DNA from: Antechinus flavipes
Lineage: Eukaryota
Reading direction: 5' to 3'
DNA length: 64,000 nt
Assembly: GCF_016432865.1 (NCBI RefSeq)
Contig: NC_067399.1
Coordinates: 655,836,001 to 655,900,000 of the forward strand
Position numbers and translations under genes: made by a program. Positions 1 to 12,222 of this stretch are shown here, piece by piece. The notes under the pieces were generated by a model. It was not told the origin of the DNA. It was given only the letters and a program-made list of their open reading frames with translations, and did not search any database. Numbering within the stretch: position 1 is the first letter of the stretch; each line of letters begins with the position of its first letter.

Positions 1-548
1 GTGACAAGAACCCTGAAATATGAAGTCATAGGATCTGAATTCAAATCTTGACTGTGCTATTAAACTCCTCAACCTCATTTTCCTCATCAGTTAAATGTGG
101 GGATTGACCTCGATGACCTCTAAGCTCTCTCCCTCTTGTAAACAGCTCTTTGGCTGCCTAACATTGGGCAAGTGATGTCTGTCTGGGCTTCAGTGTCCCC
201 ATTTGTAAAGTGAGGGGGGTTAGGGAGTTAGAACAAATAATCTCCAAATTATCCTCTGGTCCCCAAATGCCTGTTCTCTGTGTCCTCTAAGATAAGGACA
301 TTCCCAAGCAAACTCCTCATAATCAAGGTGGCCAAAATTGAAAATTGTCAATGACCACCCCAAAAAATCTTGCCACCAACACCTCCCAAAGCCAAAAAAG
401 GATCAAAACCAATGTTAAATAGCCATCTACTGACGATTACATTTCAGTGGATTCACAGTCTCATTGCCTAGAGGCACCTCTGGAGAAAATAACAGTCCCT
501 CCCATGCCTTCTCCATCTTGATCCTGCCATCTCCTGTTGCTAAGATCT

Positions 549-772
549 ATATGGCGGTAGATGGATAGGTCAGCTCCAGGTCTGAAATCAGGAAGACCTG
601 AATTCAAATCCAGATTTAGACATTTACTTGCTATGTGACTCTGGACAAGCCACTTAACCCTGTTTATGTCATTTGTAAAATGAGCTGGAGAAGGAAATGG
701 CAAGCCATTCCACTATCTTTGCCAAGGAAACCTTAAATAGGGTCATCAGAAGTTAGACATGATTGGAAAATG

Positions 773-819
<47 letters not shown>
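549..819 (+). mobile_element. MAR1-type CORE-SINE (MIR core + RTE/BovB-like tail) followed by (CA)n at 781-819
   Basis: ggaagacctgaattcaaatcc core and ggagaaggaaatggcaagccattccactatctttgccaagg tail. Confidence 0.75.
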
Positions 820-822
<3 letters not shown>

Positions 823-3800
823 ATTTATGCAATCTTTTGCCAGCTCTTAAAAGCCATAGATTGTCCCTAGAGGATCCACTTAACATATTAAAACCTCCTC
901 CCTCTTTTAGTTTTTTATGATTACCAGGAGAACCTTTGGGTATCTTCCCATCTCCCCCTCTTAGCAACTGTCTAATACATGACCTGGTAAACATCTTTAA
1001 GTCACTCATTGTTAGCGTACGATATTTCCTATGACTCACCATGCAACTTGTGGTTTCCCCTTGGGTCACCTGAAATTTTGAAATTTTTTGTAGTGTCCCA
1101 TCATACATGATTATCTCAGGAAGAATATTGGTGTTAAGAAGATGGGATCTGGTAAAAATCAGCTTGGGATGGCTAAAGGCATTCTGTGTTTTCCCAGAGG
1201 CAATCTCAATCAATCTCATCCTCATGTTCAGTTTGGGCTTCTGACCTAATCCCGTGTTAGGGTTAGATAATAAGCATTCTTTATCTACTTTTTTTTTTTT
1301 AATCAGTTTATATGAGGCCATAATGACCACATTTCTTATAAATGAGGTTTTACCAAGTTTGGGGTAGAAGTAGGAGAGGGGACCAGAAACAACCTCCTAG
1401 TCTAGCTCAATACATTTAGTTGTTTGTCCTGTAAACATCAATCTCATGCTAGCAATCAATTAATCCGGAAGAGACGTTCCATGGATAGGCAACAAGATTA
1501 CATTTGTAGTGAGTTGTTGTTGTTATTGAAGGACCATGACTTCAGGAAGTGATACCATAATATACCAGTGAGTTGGATTTGAGTAAGGGAGAATTGTGCA
1601 AGGTCACCTGACTCACTTTTCCCTCTGGAGCCATCTGGGTCAGTGGCAAGATATAGATCAGGAAGACTGGAGATGGCCCTGGATGAAATGGGAGATCTTG
1701 TTCTTTTTAAACTAAGATCTTCAACAGGTCTCTGTTTGATTGAGGCAACACCCATTCTGTGATTAAGGCTAAGTAGAAACTGAGGCAAAAGAATCTCCTC
1801 TTTGATCTAATCCAAAAAAAAAAAAAAATCTAAATAAATAAATGAATGAACCTGGAAGGAGAAGACCCTCGGGGTTTCTAACCAACACAGCAAAGATTGT
1901 TATTAACATTCATTCTGAGTCAGGACCCAAACAATGACCAAATGCCAAACAGGAAACAATCACTGTCAGATAAACATTTTAAGAGTGATTTTCTAAGGTC
2001 CTGGAATCATATCTACCGACAATCAAAAGAATTAAGTCTGTGGCCAAAAACATCAAATTCAGTAACATTATCTATAATATTGAATGAGAAAAGATGGACA
2101 TTCAAGGAACTTAAAGATTTTCAGGGCTTTCTATCAACCAAACCCGAACTTAATAGAAAATTTAACACATAATATCAAGGATCAATTTTAAGGAACTCAA
2201 CATGAACAAATTATTTATGTTTGTTTTTTTTTAAACATGGGCAATGCCTACCATATGTTCAAGATCGACAGCAACAACAAGGTAGCTCAAAAGAAAGATT
2301 GGGGCAGAATTAAGGTGAAAATAGTAATTATGTCATAAAAATGAGGTGCAGAAGAAGAATAGACATAGAGGCTTATAATCTGCTTGGGAGTGAGGTAGGA
2401 TGAAAGGTGGAAAAAAGAACAATTTACAGAGAAGTAAAGAAAAGATGAATACTCGTGAATATAATTTTTTCTACATATACATATATATATAATTTCTTGA
2501 ACTCGTAATTTGTTATATATTTTGAATCTTCCCTAATGTTCTGCTGAGCACATGACAGTGTTCTCTTTTGTTTTATTTTGTCTGTATTCCTTTTTTGTTT
2601 TTTCTTATTCTGTTTTTTAAATAAAAGTTTAAAATATATAAAGAAAAATAAAAATTAGAGTGATTTTCAGTCTCTTGATAATAGCTTGCACCAAGCTCAG
2701 ATTCTCTCTATCTTACTAAGACAACTGTTTTTCCTGCCAAATGTTTCTTATCTCAGCCCCATCTTCTCCATTCTCACTTTATATAAATTGTGCCCCAATA
2801 CTAGGATCAGCTCCTCTCCTCATTTCTACTTCTTGTAATCCCTAACTTCCTTCCCTCCCAAATGTCTGTGTTCCTACTGGCTTCAATTACAAATGGTTAA
2901 TATGCTTATCTGTTTCCAGATTGCAACACCACCCTTTCTCACTCAATAAAATGTAAACTTTTTGAAGGGAGAGGCTATTTCTTAGTCTATATCCTTCATT
3001 CCTAGATCAGTATCTTGCACTCAATAAGTAGACGAGGGTGTTTCCAGCCCTTTTCAATTCCTGTATTTTGTGGCTCTCTGTAGAACCTTCCCATATGCAT
3101 TATTCAATGTGAAAGAAAATAAATGCAGAATCACTATAAATCTCAAGCAAGGTGGATTTCAATAGTATGCCATAATTATTTACTAAATATTCCCTGCACA
3201 CCTCATCCCTTCTGAAGGATGGATAACTCAATTGGTAGATTCTTGCAGTAGACAATAAATATTTGTTGGATTTGATTGGAAATCCCACTTCTCCACCCCA
3301 GTCCCATTCTCCAAGTCAGACCTCATCTCTCATAGGGCCATTTTGGCTGTTAAATCCACCTCCCCATCACGCCAAGCTCATTCTCTGTTTTCTCATATTC
3401 ATTAAATGTTTCCTCTCATTTGTGTCTATTAAATCTTCACTATCCTTCTAAATCCATCTCCAGGAGCAGCTCCCCCTCAGGAAACCCTATCCTGGTCATT
3501 CCAACCTCTAGAGGTGTTATATAATTTAGCAATTAATACTAATTATATTTTTCACTGTCATCATCTTAGTCTTATCTCTTCTTGAAAGAAGGTCCTGGGA
3601 GCTTGAGATAGTGTCTTATACTTAGATATAATAACACCTATTTTTATGTTTCTTTAAGATTTACCCAATACTAAACTGTTCACTGAAAGGGAAGTAATAC
3701 AATTATTATTTTTCCCATTGTGGCTTGTCCGTTTAGTGAGCATCAGAATCAGAATTTGAATTCAGGTCTCTCCTGATCCCAAGACCAATGCACTTTCCAG

Positions 3801-4189
3801 TAATACTCTATTGCCTCCCTTCTATAACCCAAAGTGCCTAGTATACTGTTGCACTTCAATATTTATGGATTGTTCCTTTTCACAAGTTTCAATTAAAATA
3901 GAAAATCTGATTCTATACTATAGAACTATGACTATATCTCTTCATCCAGGATCAGTTTTCATCCAGTGGATCCCCAGCAGAAGTAAACCAAGTTGCAAAC
4001 ACTGTGAGAATGCAAGTGTGGCTTCTGAGGTGATCAAGTGAGCATAGGCATAAAAGAAAAATGAAAAGTAATCCTGACTTCTATTCTATCCTGTCTGACC
4101 ACTACCTGTCCTAGGCAAGAGAAGAAAGAGGTTTTTAGAGTTAAAACAGTGTTATTTCATCTTCCAATCTTAAGATATTGTTGCTACTC

Positions 4190-5170
4190 CCTATATCTCT
4201 GGGTCTTTGCAGAAATGATTGAGTCCTCCATCCCACCTGAGCAATAATAACAAGGTTCTTGATCTTTCAAGATCAATCACCCACAAATGTGTCACCTCCA
4301 TATTAATAAACTCTAAACTTATCTGATTACAATCCATTGGTTTTCCATCTCCCTACCATAGAATCCTAAACCTTATTTTTCATCCATATGGTGATCTTCA
4401 ATCCCTTGACCCCAGTTTTCTCTCAGATATCATCTTTGCACTAGTCACACTCTCTCCCTTTTCTCATATTAACCCTTTAGTGACCCAATTCAACTCTTTA
4501 TTGCCCTTTTCCCTTAAAACCCTTGCCCTCTTATCACATGGCCTATTGCATTCTGCCAAACTAACATCTAGGATCACTCCCACCATCTGCTGCCTTCATG
4601 TGCAGCTGAATAAAAGTGGAGAAAATTAAACAAACATTCTAATTCTGGCTCCACATTTATATTATGTACAAGTTTATATTATATAACCTCAACTGGGCCC
4701 TCACTGCTGTTAGGCAATCCTTCTATACCTCCCTTGGTAACTCCCTATCCCATTCACCATAGCTGATTGATCTCCATGTGCATCTCCCAGCAGGAGTCTA
4801 TCCCTTTGAACTAGATGGAGAAAGATAGTTCCCCTCATTTCTTGTGTCAACCAGTCTTATTTTGTTATTGCTCCCCTTATTATCCTCTCCATTTAAGTCA
4901 ATCTAGCCTGCTGATTATTTGCTATACATTATATCCTTTTTTCATCTCCAGGTCCTTGCAGAAATGATTCCTCCCTTCCCCCATAATTAGAATGTTCTCT
5001 TTCTTGGTCTCTGCCCCTTATTATTCCTAACTTTCTTCAAAGCATTTCTACAAGAAGCCTTCTCAAATCTCTTAGCTGTGACTTTGTATATATTTTGTAT
5101 TTACTTTTCTGATGATATATTGTATCCCCTCAGTAGGAGATAAATTCTTTGAAAATAGAGACTTTTTTTC
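4190..5170 (+). mobile_element. degraded L2 LINE fragment
   Basis: Pyrimidine-rich L2 ORF2-like tract (ctcaactgggccctcactgct..., gcagaaatgattc...) ending in an L2-like 3' tail. Confidence 0.55.
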
Positions 5171-5414
5171 TTTTGCTTTGAATCCCCAGTATCTTTATGC
5201 TGGATGGATTGAATTCATCCCCTGGAAGATTACTGCAGTTTGGACTTTTTTTTTTTTGGACTCCTATTTATCAGTCCAAAGCAAGGGACAACAGAAGCTA
5301 AGAAAGGATGCTTTTAAAAATCTTACCTTTCCATAGTAGTAGGAAGGATGAAGGAGAACAGAAAATCAAAATAAACTTTACTAAGCAGAAAAAAAATACA
5401 TTTGAAGTTCTTAC

Positions 5415-5456
5415 CTTTGTGCCATTCAAGGGAGGAGTAATTATTGGCTCACACTC
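5415..5456 (-). CDS. HK1: HK1 sperm/testis-specific N-terminal coding exon 2 (ECEPIITPPLNGTK), phase 0/0
   Basis: Long AG-free pyrimidine tract tttctgtcttgtcttgtttttcttcaatgtttaag, then 42 nt GAG TGT GAG CCA ATA ATT ACT CCT CCC TTG AAT GGC ACA AAG, then donor gtaaga. The peptide aligns to recalled mouse HK1S DVEPKIRPPLTEEK (E-P-x-I-x-P-P-L-x-x-x-K). It ends in phase 0, as needed to join HK1 exon 2 (IDKYLY...). Confidence 0.82.
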
Positions 5457-8400
5457 CTTAAACATTGAAGAAAAACAAGACAAGACAGAAAGTAAAATAA
5501 ACTTTATTAAGCAGATTTGGATAGATGCATTGACAGACAATTCAGCCAGTTTTATGTCTATCAAATTCTTTCGAAGAAAGCAAATGGGCATATGGAAGGG
5601 TAGGAACGGGCTTTGGTTTAGGGCTAAAAGCTTTACATCCAGTGGCTCTAAAGAAGGAAAGGTCTAAAACTCTCCCTGAAAATAGCAGAGGTTTGACCAT
5701 TGCTGAACAATCAGACTTTCCTATGTCTTTGTACTGGCAGGGGACAGTTTAGCTTAGGGTTTCTTCAACTTGGGGCCTATAGGTCACAGAAGACCTCTGA
5801 GGGAATTTTGGAGAAATACAGAAAGAGCTTCCAGGTTCATTAGCTATTATATTAAATCCACTCTTTTTAAAAAGATTTATTTATTCTGAATTTAACACAT
5901 TCCAAATCAAATAAGCATTTTAATACCTCACTATAAAACAGAAGATTGTAGGTAAAACCAAGAATTTCTTTTATGTAGTGCCTATTTTCTTTTTTAGCTA
6001 AAATAGAGGAATGTCCAAATTGGTAGTTTCCCCGCTTTGCTTGTCCATTAGACTGTAAGATCCTTGAGGGCAGAATCTACTCATTTTTTTAAGAGAAAGA
6101 AACTGAGAGATTCAGTAATTTGCCCAGGCAGAACTTTCTATTTAAACCTGGAAAGGAATCTAAGAAACTGTCCAGTCAAATGCTTCTCTATCTACCAGAT
6201 GCTCAGAGGCCCAGGGTCCAAGATCCCATATAATAAGGGTCAGAGCCATTGTTCAGCATCAAAGTAGACAAGATGGTTGCCTCTTGGAGGAGATGGACCA
6301 AAGTGGAGTGGGGGACAGATGGGGTGGTATTACGACTTCTGATTATCTCACATGTAATTCACTTAATTCTAGAGCTTATTGTACTGGAGGAATTCTACTT
6401 TAAGCCCTCCCTCTCATCCCACTGACATCAGAAAGAATGAATAAGCTGAAGAAAGCCACTGTAGAAATTTAGCCTTCAGAATATTAATAGGAAACAAAAC
6501 CTACTTCAGTCATTTTAGGGATACAGGAACATGTCAGAAGCTAGATTTCCAGTCCAGAATTCTTACTGTCTTCTAAGTTCTTATTGTCAGAAGGAAGTCT
6601 ATGAGAGGGACAACCACAAGGATTCTGGTGATTCAGAAAGGTCAAAGGGTTCTAGAACCATCAAGCCAGAGGAGGCAGGGACTCTAAAAGTCATCTATTT
6701 CAACTAATTCATTTTACATAGAAGGAAACTGAACCTCATCCAGTGAAGGGACTGCCAGTGGTGCACAGTCCATAAATGTGGGATCTGAACCTCTGGCTGC
6801 CCTACAAACTAACCATTAGACAACACTGCTTCCTCAAAGTTCACAGGGTTAAAGGATGGAAATCTCCCTCATTTTACAGAAGAGGACATTTAAGTCCAGA
6901 GGTTAAATGACCAGCCAGAGTTCTCACAGATAGTGAGTGGGAGTCTGGGATTTGAATTTCAGCTCAAGAGTCTCCAACTCTATTTCTTTCCATGACACCC
7001 TATTGCCAGTTTGAATTACTACTAGATTCATTTTCATTCAGTCCCTTGGATTCACGTCACTAATAAGCCAGAAGCAGTTCAGTCAGGTCATCAAAAAGCC
7101 ACTTAAAGCAAATGGATTTTAACCTTCTGTCCTCCTTCTCCCCAGTCTTAAGGGTTAAACTAATTCTTTGATGAGCCTAGAGGGGTTAGAAAAGGGAAGA
7201 CGATTTAATATGATCTGGGGAAATTTTACAGACTTTTGTCACACCTGGAAGATGTTCTGGGATCAAACATGATCAAATTCAGGCAGTGGTGGGATGATGG
7301 AGTTTAAAACTGGGAAGAAACTTAGGGATCATCTAAGGTGACCAAAAGAAGGTAAAGGATAGACCCTAAGTAACACGGGATGAGAGCTTATATTTTGAGC
7401 TTTGAAAAGACCTTAGCGAGCTTCTCATTCAAGCTGCTCAATTTATACATGAAACACTAGTATGATCTGAATTAGAATCTGAACCCAGATTTTCTGACAG
7501 CAGATTCTGCAATCAGCAGATTTAGGAAGGTGTAAGACTGTCACAGGTTAGAAGGAACCTGAGGATAGAATGATGGGCCGGAGAACACTTAGATAAGGAG
7601 AGGTTGACTGTGGGACTCACTATATTCAGCTGTGACTATGGATGGAAAGATGAAGAACCCAAATGAATGACCGAGTGAATGGAAAGCATTTATCAAGTGC
7701 TTACTATGTATGTTGGAAAGAAATAACTAAAAAGGGGGAACAGCCTGAGCCCTCCAGGAGTTGAAACTGGGACACCACACAGGAATTATCACACAGATGG
7801 AGAATGAAACAATAGAGTAGTCCACTAACAAACCTTTCCCAGAGGCCACAGTGGGGTCTGATTTGATTATAATTTTCTGAGATTGAGATGGAAGGAAGTG
7901 AACGGAAGGGTACTTGTAAGGTTGCACAGCCCTATATAACAAGGGTGAAGAAGGGCTCTCTGGTCCCAGAAAGAGATGGCTGAAGGACCCAGCTGGCTCC
8001 CAAGGCTGTGGAAGTTCAGTTTGGAGGGTAGCTGAAGCAACAACAGGAAACAAGGGTGGCAAGGAAGAAGATGGTCAGCCCCTATGACTGAATCCCCACG
8101 AACACCAAAGTCATCCTGGAAATGATATATATTTATAACCTTTGGGAAGAGGAAGGGGGAAGTAAAGTGTTGAAATACTAACAATCTCTCTCTATAAAGT
8201 GAAAAATTAATGTCCAGAGAGAGATTAGAGTAACCAACAGGTATAAAGCTAGATGGTGTCAAAGCCAGGGAAACAATTCATTCTAATGACCTTTGGGTGA
8301 GCTCCCATTACATGACAGCCTGTGTTCCCAAGGGAACATGATCTCGGCTTTTATCTTAAGCTAGCTAGTGGTCTTAATCATCTGTCCATAGAGAGGCCCC

Positions 8401-10039
8401 TAGCATGTCATGGTAGAGACAATGCTAGCCTTGGATCCAGCAAGACTGATTCCTGATGGCTGTGTCACCCTGGGTAAGCTGTTTAATCTCTCTGTGTTCT
8501 AGGAAACTCTGTTCTGAGTTGTAGAGAGGGCGCCCACCCTTTGCTGGGAGAAGGGGCTGATTATATCCGTGAAATCACTCACAGTCACCTTTCCCTTTCA
8601 TTTCTTGAATGTGTTTTCTTTCCTTAATTAATTAGTAAGCTCCTTGAAGGCAAGGACTCTAATAATGAGTTCCTATTTATTTTTTAAAAAAGAAGAAGAA
8701 TTAAAGGTTTGCAAAGCACTTTCTGTCAAGTAGAAAGGTCGGGTATTATTGTCCCCATTTTACAGAATAGGAAATAGCCAGATAACTTGCCGGGAGTCAG
8801 GTGGCTTATGAGCTGTCCAGCCTGGATTTGAACACAGGTGTCTCGATTCAAGATCCAGGGCTTTCCCGAAGCCACGTCGTACCTTACGCATCTCTATCAG
8901 AGAAGGACGTTGCGAACTACTCCAGTTCAAACACAAGGACGAGGGTGAGAAAAATGGAATCAAGAAACAAGGCAGTTATCACACCTAACATGAACGGTAG
9001 GTGGCGCCACAGTGCACAGAGCTCCGGGCGGGAGTTCGGAAGGCACGAATGAGTTCAATTTTGATCTCAGTTACTTCCCAGTCGTGTGATTCTGGACAAG
9101 TCAACTACTTGCCTCAACTGTAAAATGGGGATAATGACGGCACCTCCTTCGTAGGATTGTTATGGTGATCAAATGAGATAATTTTTGTAAAGTGCTTAGC
9201 AGAGCGTCTGGCACATAGTAGGCACTAAATAAATGCTTATTCCCTTTCCTTAGAAGATGCTCATTAAAGATCCGTTGGTTCAGTTAAATAAATCATCCTT
9301 ATCTCTTCTGATATGATTATCTCAGGGATGAAACAATAGTCGCTGGAGACCCTGAATATATAGGGAAAGGAGTAATTTCTTGAGAAACCTGACCTAGCCA
9401 TAAAAATAACCGTAATTCACATTTATATAAGTCTTTAAGACTTCAAAGTATTTTCCTCATAGGAGGTCAAAAGAGGGGAGGGTATTATCTCCCCCTGACA
9501 GATGGACTTGGCCATGGTTTCCTAACTCAGGACTTAAACACTGATCTCTTGATTCTCTAAATCTATCACATTGCCTCTACTGCTCATTATCCCTAATAAA
9601 GAATGAACTAAGGGATAGACAACAGAACAAATTCGCCATCTCCTGCAGAAACGTAGCAGATATAAAACAGTGGCCACAACAAGGCTGCTCAAAAAAGCCT
9701 AGAAATCCCTCCAGTCATAAAATGCTTGACACCCTCACCAAAGTGGGGAGACATGGCAACCATGGACAATGTTGACTTAGCACTTAAACTCACTTATAAG
9801 ACATTCTAGAAGGAGGAAGAGGACTGCAGGTAGGAACATATCATATAATGTAGAACATATTTAACATCAGATTTTTCCAGGTGTTGGGTGGCTTCTCCCC
9901 CACCTCCTTTTTTATTATTTTTTATAAAAGATTGCTCTTTGGAAGGGTGAAGAAGGAGACACTTACTGGAAATGTAAGCAATATAAAGACTAGAGATATC
10001 AAAGCAAATGTATTTTAAGAAAATATTTTGGAAGATAAT

Positions 10040-11100
10040 GGTAGAAGATCACAAACAATAACAGTGATGAGTAGGGGAAGAGAAATTGAGTTTCCCTGAA
10101 AGTGAATCCTAATAAAACTACATCATTTCCAGGGTGTTGATAAGTGAAATAAGAAGAAATACAGCAAAGGATGAAAATGGAACAAATCTATTAGCATTTC
10201 TATAACAAACTATTTTCACTGGTGGAAGAATCATTCTAAACCCAAATGTTTCAGGTCCTGATAAGTTCTATGAACAAGTGGATATAGTGCTATGGGAAAC
10301 AAAAAGACATGGACTAAGCTAGAAAAGGAAATCTCTGTCAAGGGGGTGCAATTTTGAAAGCAATGAGAAATTCATTTTCAATATTTTTTTTTTCTGAGGC
10401 AATTGGAGTAAAGTAATTTGCCCAAGGTCACACAGCTAGGAAGTGTTAAGAAGCTGAGGTCACAATTGAACTCAGGTCCTTCTGACTTCAGAGCAGCTAT
10501 CCTAATTACCCCCATTTTCAAGATCTTTAAAGGAGGGAAAGATATTAAATGATAAGTGGGGATATCACAAACATTATTATAAGGGGGAAAAAGTGATCAA
10601 CAGAACATGTGCTCATTTTCTTATCTCCATCTTTCTTATTTTTATGAAAATAACAAATCAATAAAATTGATGTTTGCCACTTTCATGGAGGATTCTTGAA
10701 TAGAAGTCAAAGATTCCTTTTAGATGGGGAGATTTTCCAGTTGTAATAAGTAGGTGACATTGCACCAAGTGCACCAAACAGCAGAGTAGCAGACTCTTCT
10801 TTATGAAATCCCCAACCACTCAAAAGAGTTTGTCCTGACAATCCACACAAGAAACACCAAATGGATGAAGAACGCCTCTTGCCTAGCTTAGAACTTGCGA
10901 TTGTATTTATGGCCTATTGAATCTGTCCATCTGTACATATACTTTGGAAAGATATTGTAATGGACAGTGAGCTGATCCCTGAATGGAATCAGATAAAATC
11001 AGATTGGGTGGCTTGAACAAATTGGGGAGCACTTTCGGTGATTCCAAGAACCTCCCATGTTGCTTACATTTCTATTCTTTCTATGATGTCCTATGTGGCC
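10040..11100 (+). mobile_element. RTE-clade LINE fragment (marsupial RTE-like), interrupted by a WSINE1
   Basis: Conceptual EIPNHSKEFVLTIHTRNTKWMKN at ~10804-10872 resembles RTE reverse transcriptase; boundaries approximate. Confidence 0.6.
10384..10513 (-). mobile_element. WSINE1-type SINE
   Basis: ctgaggcaattggagtaaagtaatttgcccaaggtcacacagctaggaagtgttaag... with poly-T on the plus strand. Confidence 0.75.
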
Positions 11101-11407
11101 GTGAAATATGGAAAGAAGGAATAAATGATTGAAAAAGCATGTATTTAATATGATATGCCAGGCCCTGTGCTAAGCACTGGGAATAGAAATGTAAACAAGC
11201 AAGATAATTCTTATCCTCAGAGAGAGTTTATATTCCATTAGAAGATAACACACACGGATGTCCAGGAGGAATAAGAGAAATCAGAGAAAATTGTGGTTTT
11301 CATAGCCTTTCCCAGGATGGTCATGTAGATCTGCTATTAATTGAATAGCATGGAGTGAGTGGGCCAGGAATTGGAATTGGAGAACTGCAGAAAGTTACAT
11401 GATATAT

Positions 11408-12222
11408 CAGTATTTTCTTCTTTCCCCCATATTCGCGTTATGAATATCTGATCTCCTCTGATAGAATGTAAATTCCTAAAGGGGTGAGAGTGTTTTGTTA
11501 TCCTTGTACCCCCCCCCAAGTGTAATAAGTAGATACTTAAGAAATGCATTGTTGACTAACTAGTTAATTGATTTAGAATTGCAGAAAGTTGTATGATATA
11601 TGCATGTGTGTGTGTGTGTGTGTATGTATGTATATCTGTGTCCCAGCAAAATAAGATCAGTGCTCATCATTTACAATGCCAGGTCTGGAGTCAGGAAATC
11701 CCGAGTTCAAATCCAGCCTCAGATACTTACTAGATACTTACTTAGACCTTAGACTTTAAACTTCACCCTGTTTCCCTCAGTTTCCTCATCTGTAAAAAAC
11801 AGGCTGGCCAAGGAAATGGCAAAGTACTCCAGTAAATCTGCCAAGAAAACCCCAGTAGGGTCACAAAGAGTAGGACATGAGTAAAGAACTGAACAACAAC
11901 AATAAGGTGTGATGAGGCTGTGTCCCTGTGAAAAAGGAAGTTGTAAAAGTTCCTGAGATCCCTGCCAATGCTAAGTATGATGAGGACCTTGTATAATTTA
12001 CTTTCCCTCTCTGGAGCTCACTTCCTTTATTTAGAAAGTGAGAGGAATTATGCTAAATCAATTAACTAGTTAGTCAACAATGCATTTCTTAAGTATCTAC
12101 TTATTACACTTGGGGGGGGGGTACAAGGATAACAAAACACTCTCACCCCTTTAGGAATTTACATTCTATCAGAGGAGATCAGATATTCATAACGCGAATA
12201 TGGGGGAAAGAACAAAATACTG
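11408..12222. repeat. inverted repeat: arms 11408-11576 and 12053-12222, spacer 476 bp
   Basis: The reverse complement of arm 2 equals arm 1 except one substitution (11417/12213) and one homopolymer indel (C9 vs G10). Confidence 0.97.
11685..11905 (+). mobile_element. MAR1-type SINE inside the inverted-repeat spacer
   Basis: gagttcaaatccagcctcagatacttact core; aaggaaatggcaaagtactccagt...gggtcacaaagagtaggacatg tail. Confidence 0.7.

Noticed and set aside
452-464. ATGAGACTGTGAA resembling the start of the human erythroid HK1 exon (ATGGACTGTGAG)
   Set aside because: An extra base gives an immediate stop, there is no further similarity and no donor; the erythroid exon is expected further left
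746-1330. 194-aa minus-strand ORF, including a 30-nt exon-like piece 1040-1069 (cag|VTQGETTSCM|gtgagt)
   Set aside because: No recognisable homology; ends in a (TG)n-derived VC run; the acceptor is A-rich and weak. The gtgagt overlaps an AP-1-like TGACTCA that could be chance.
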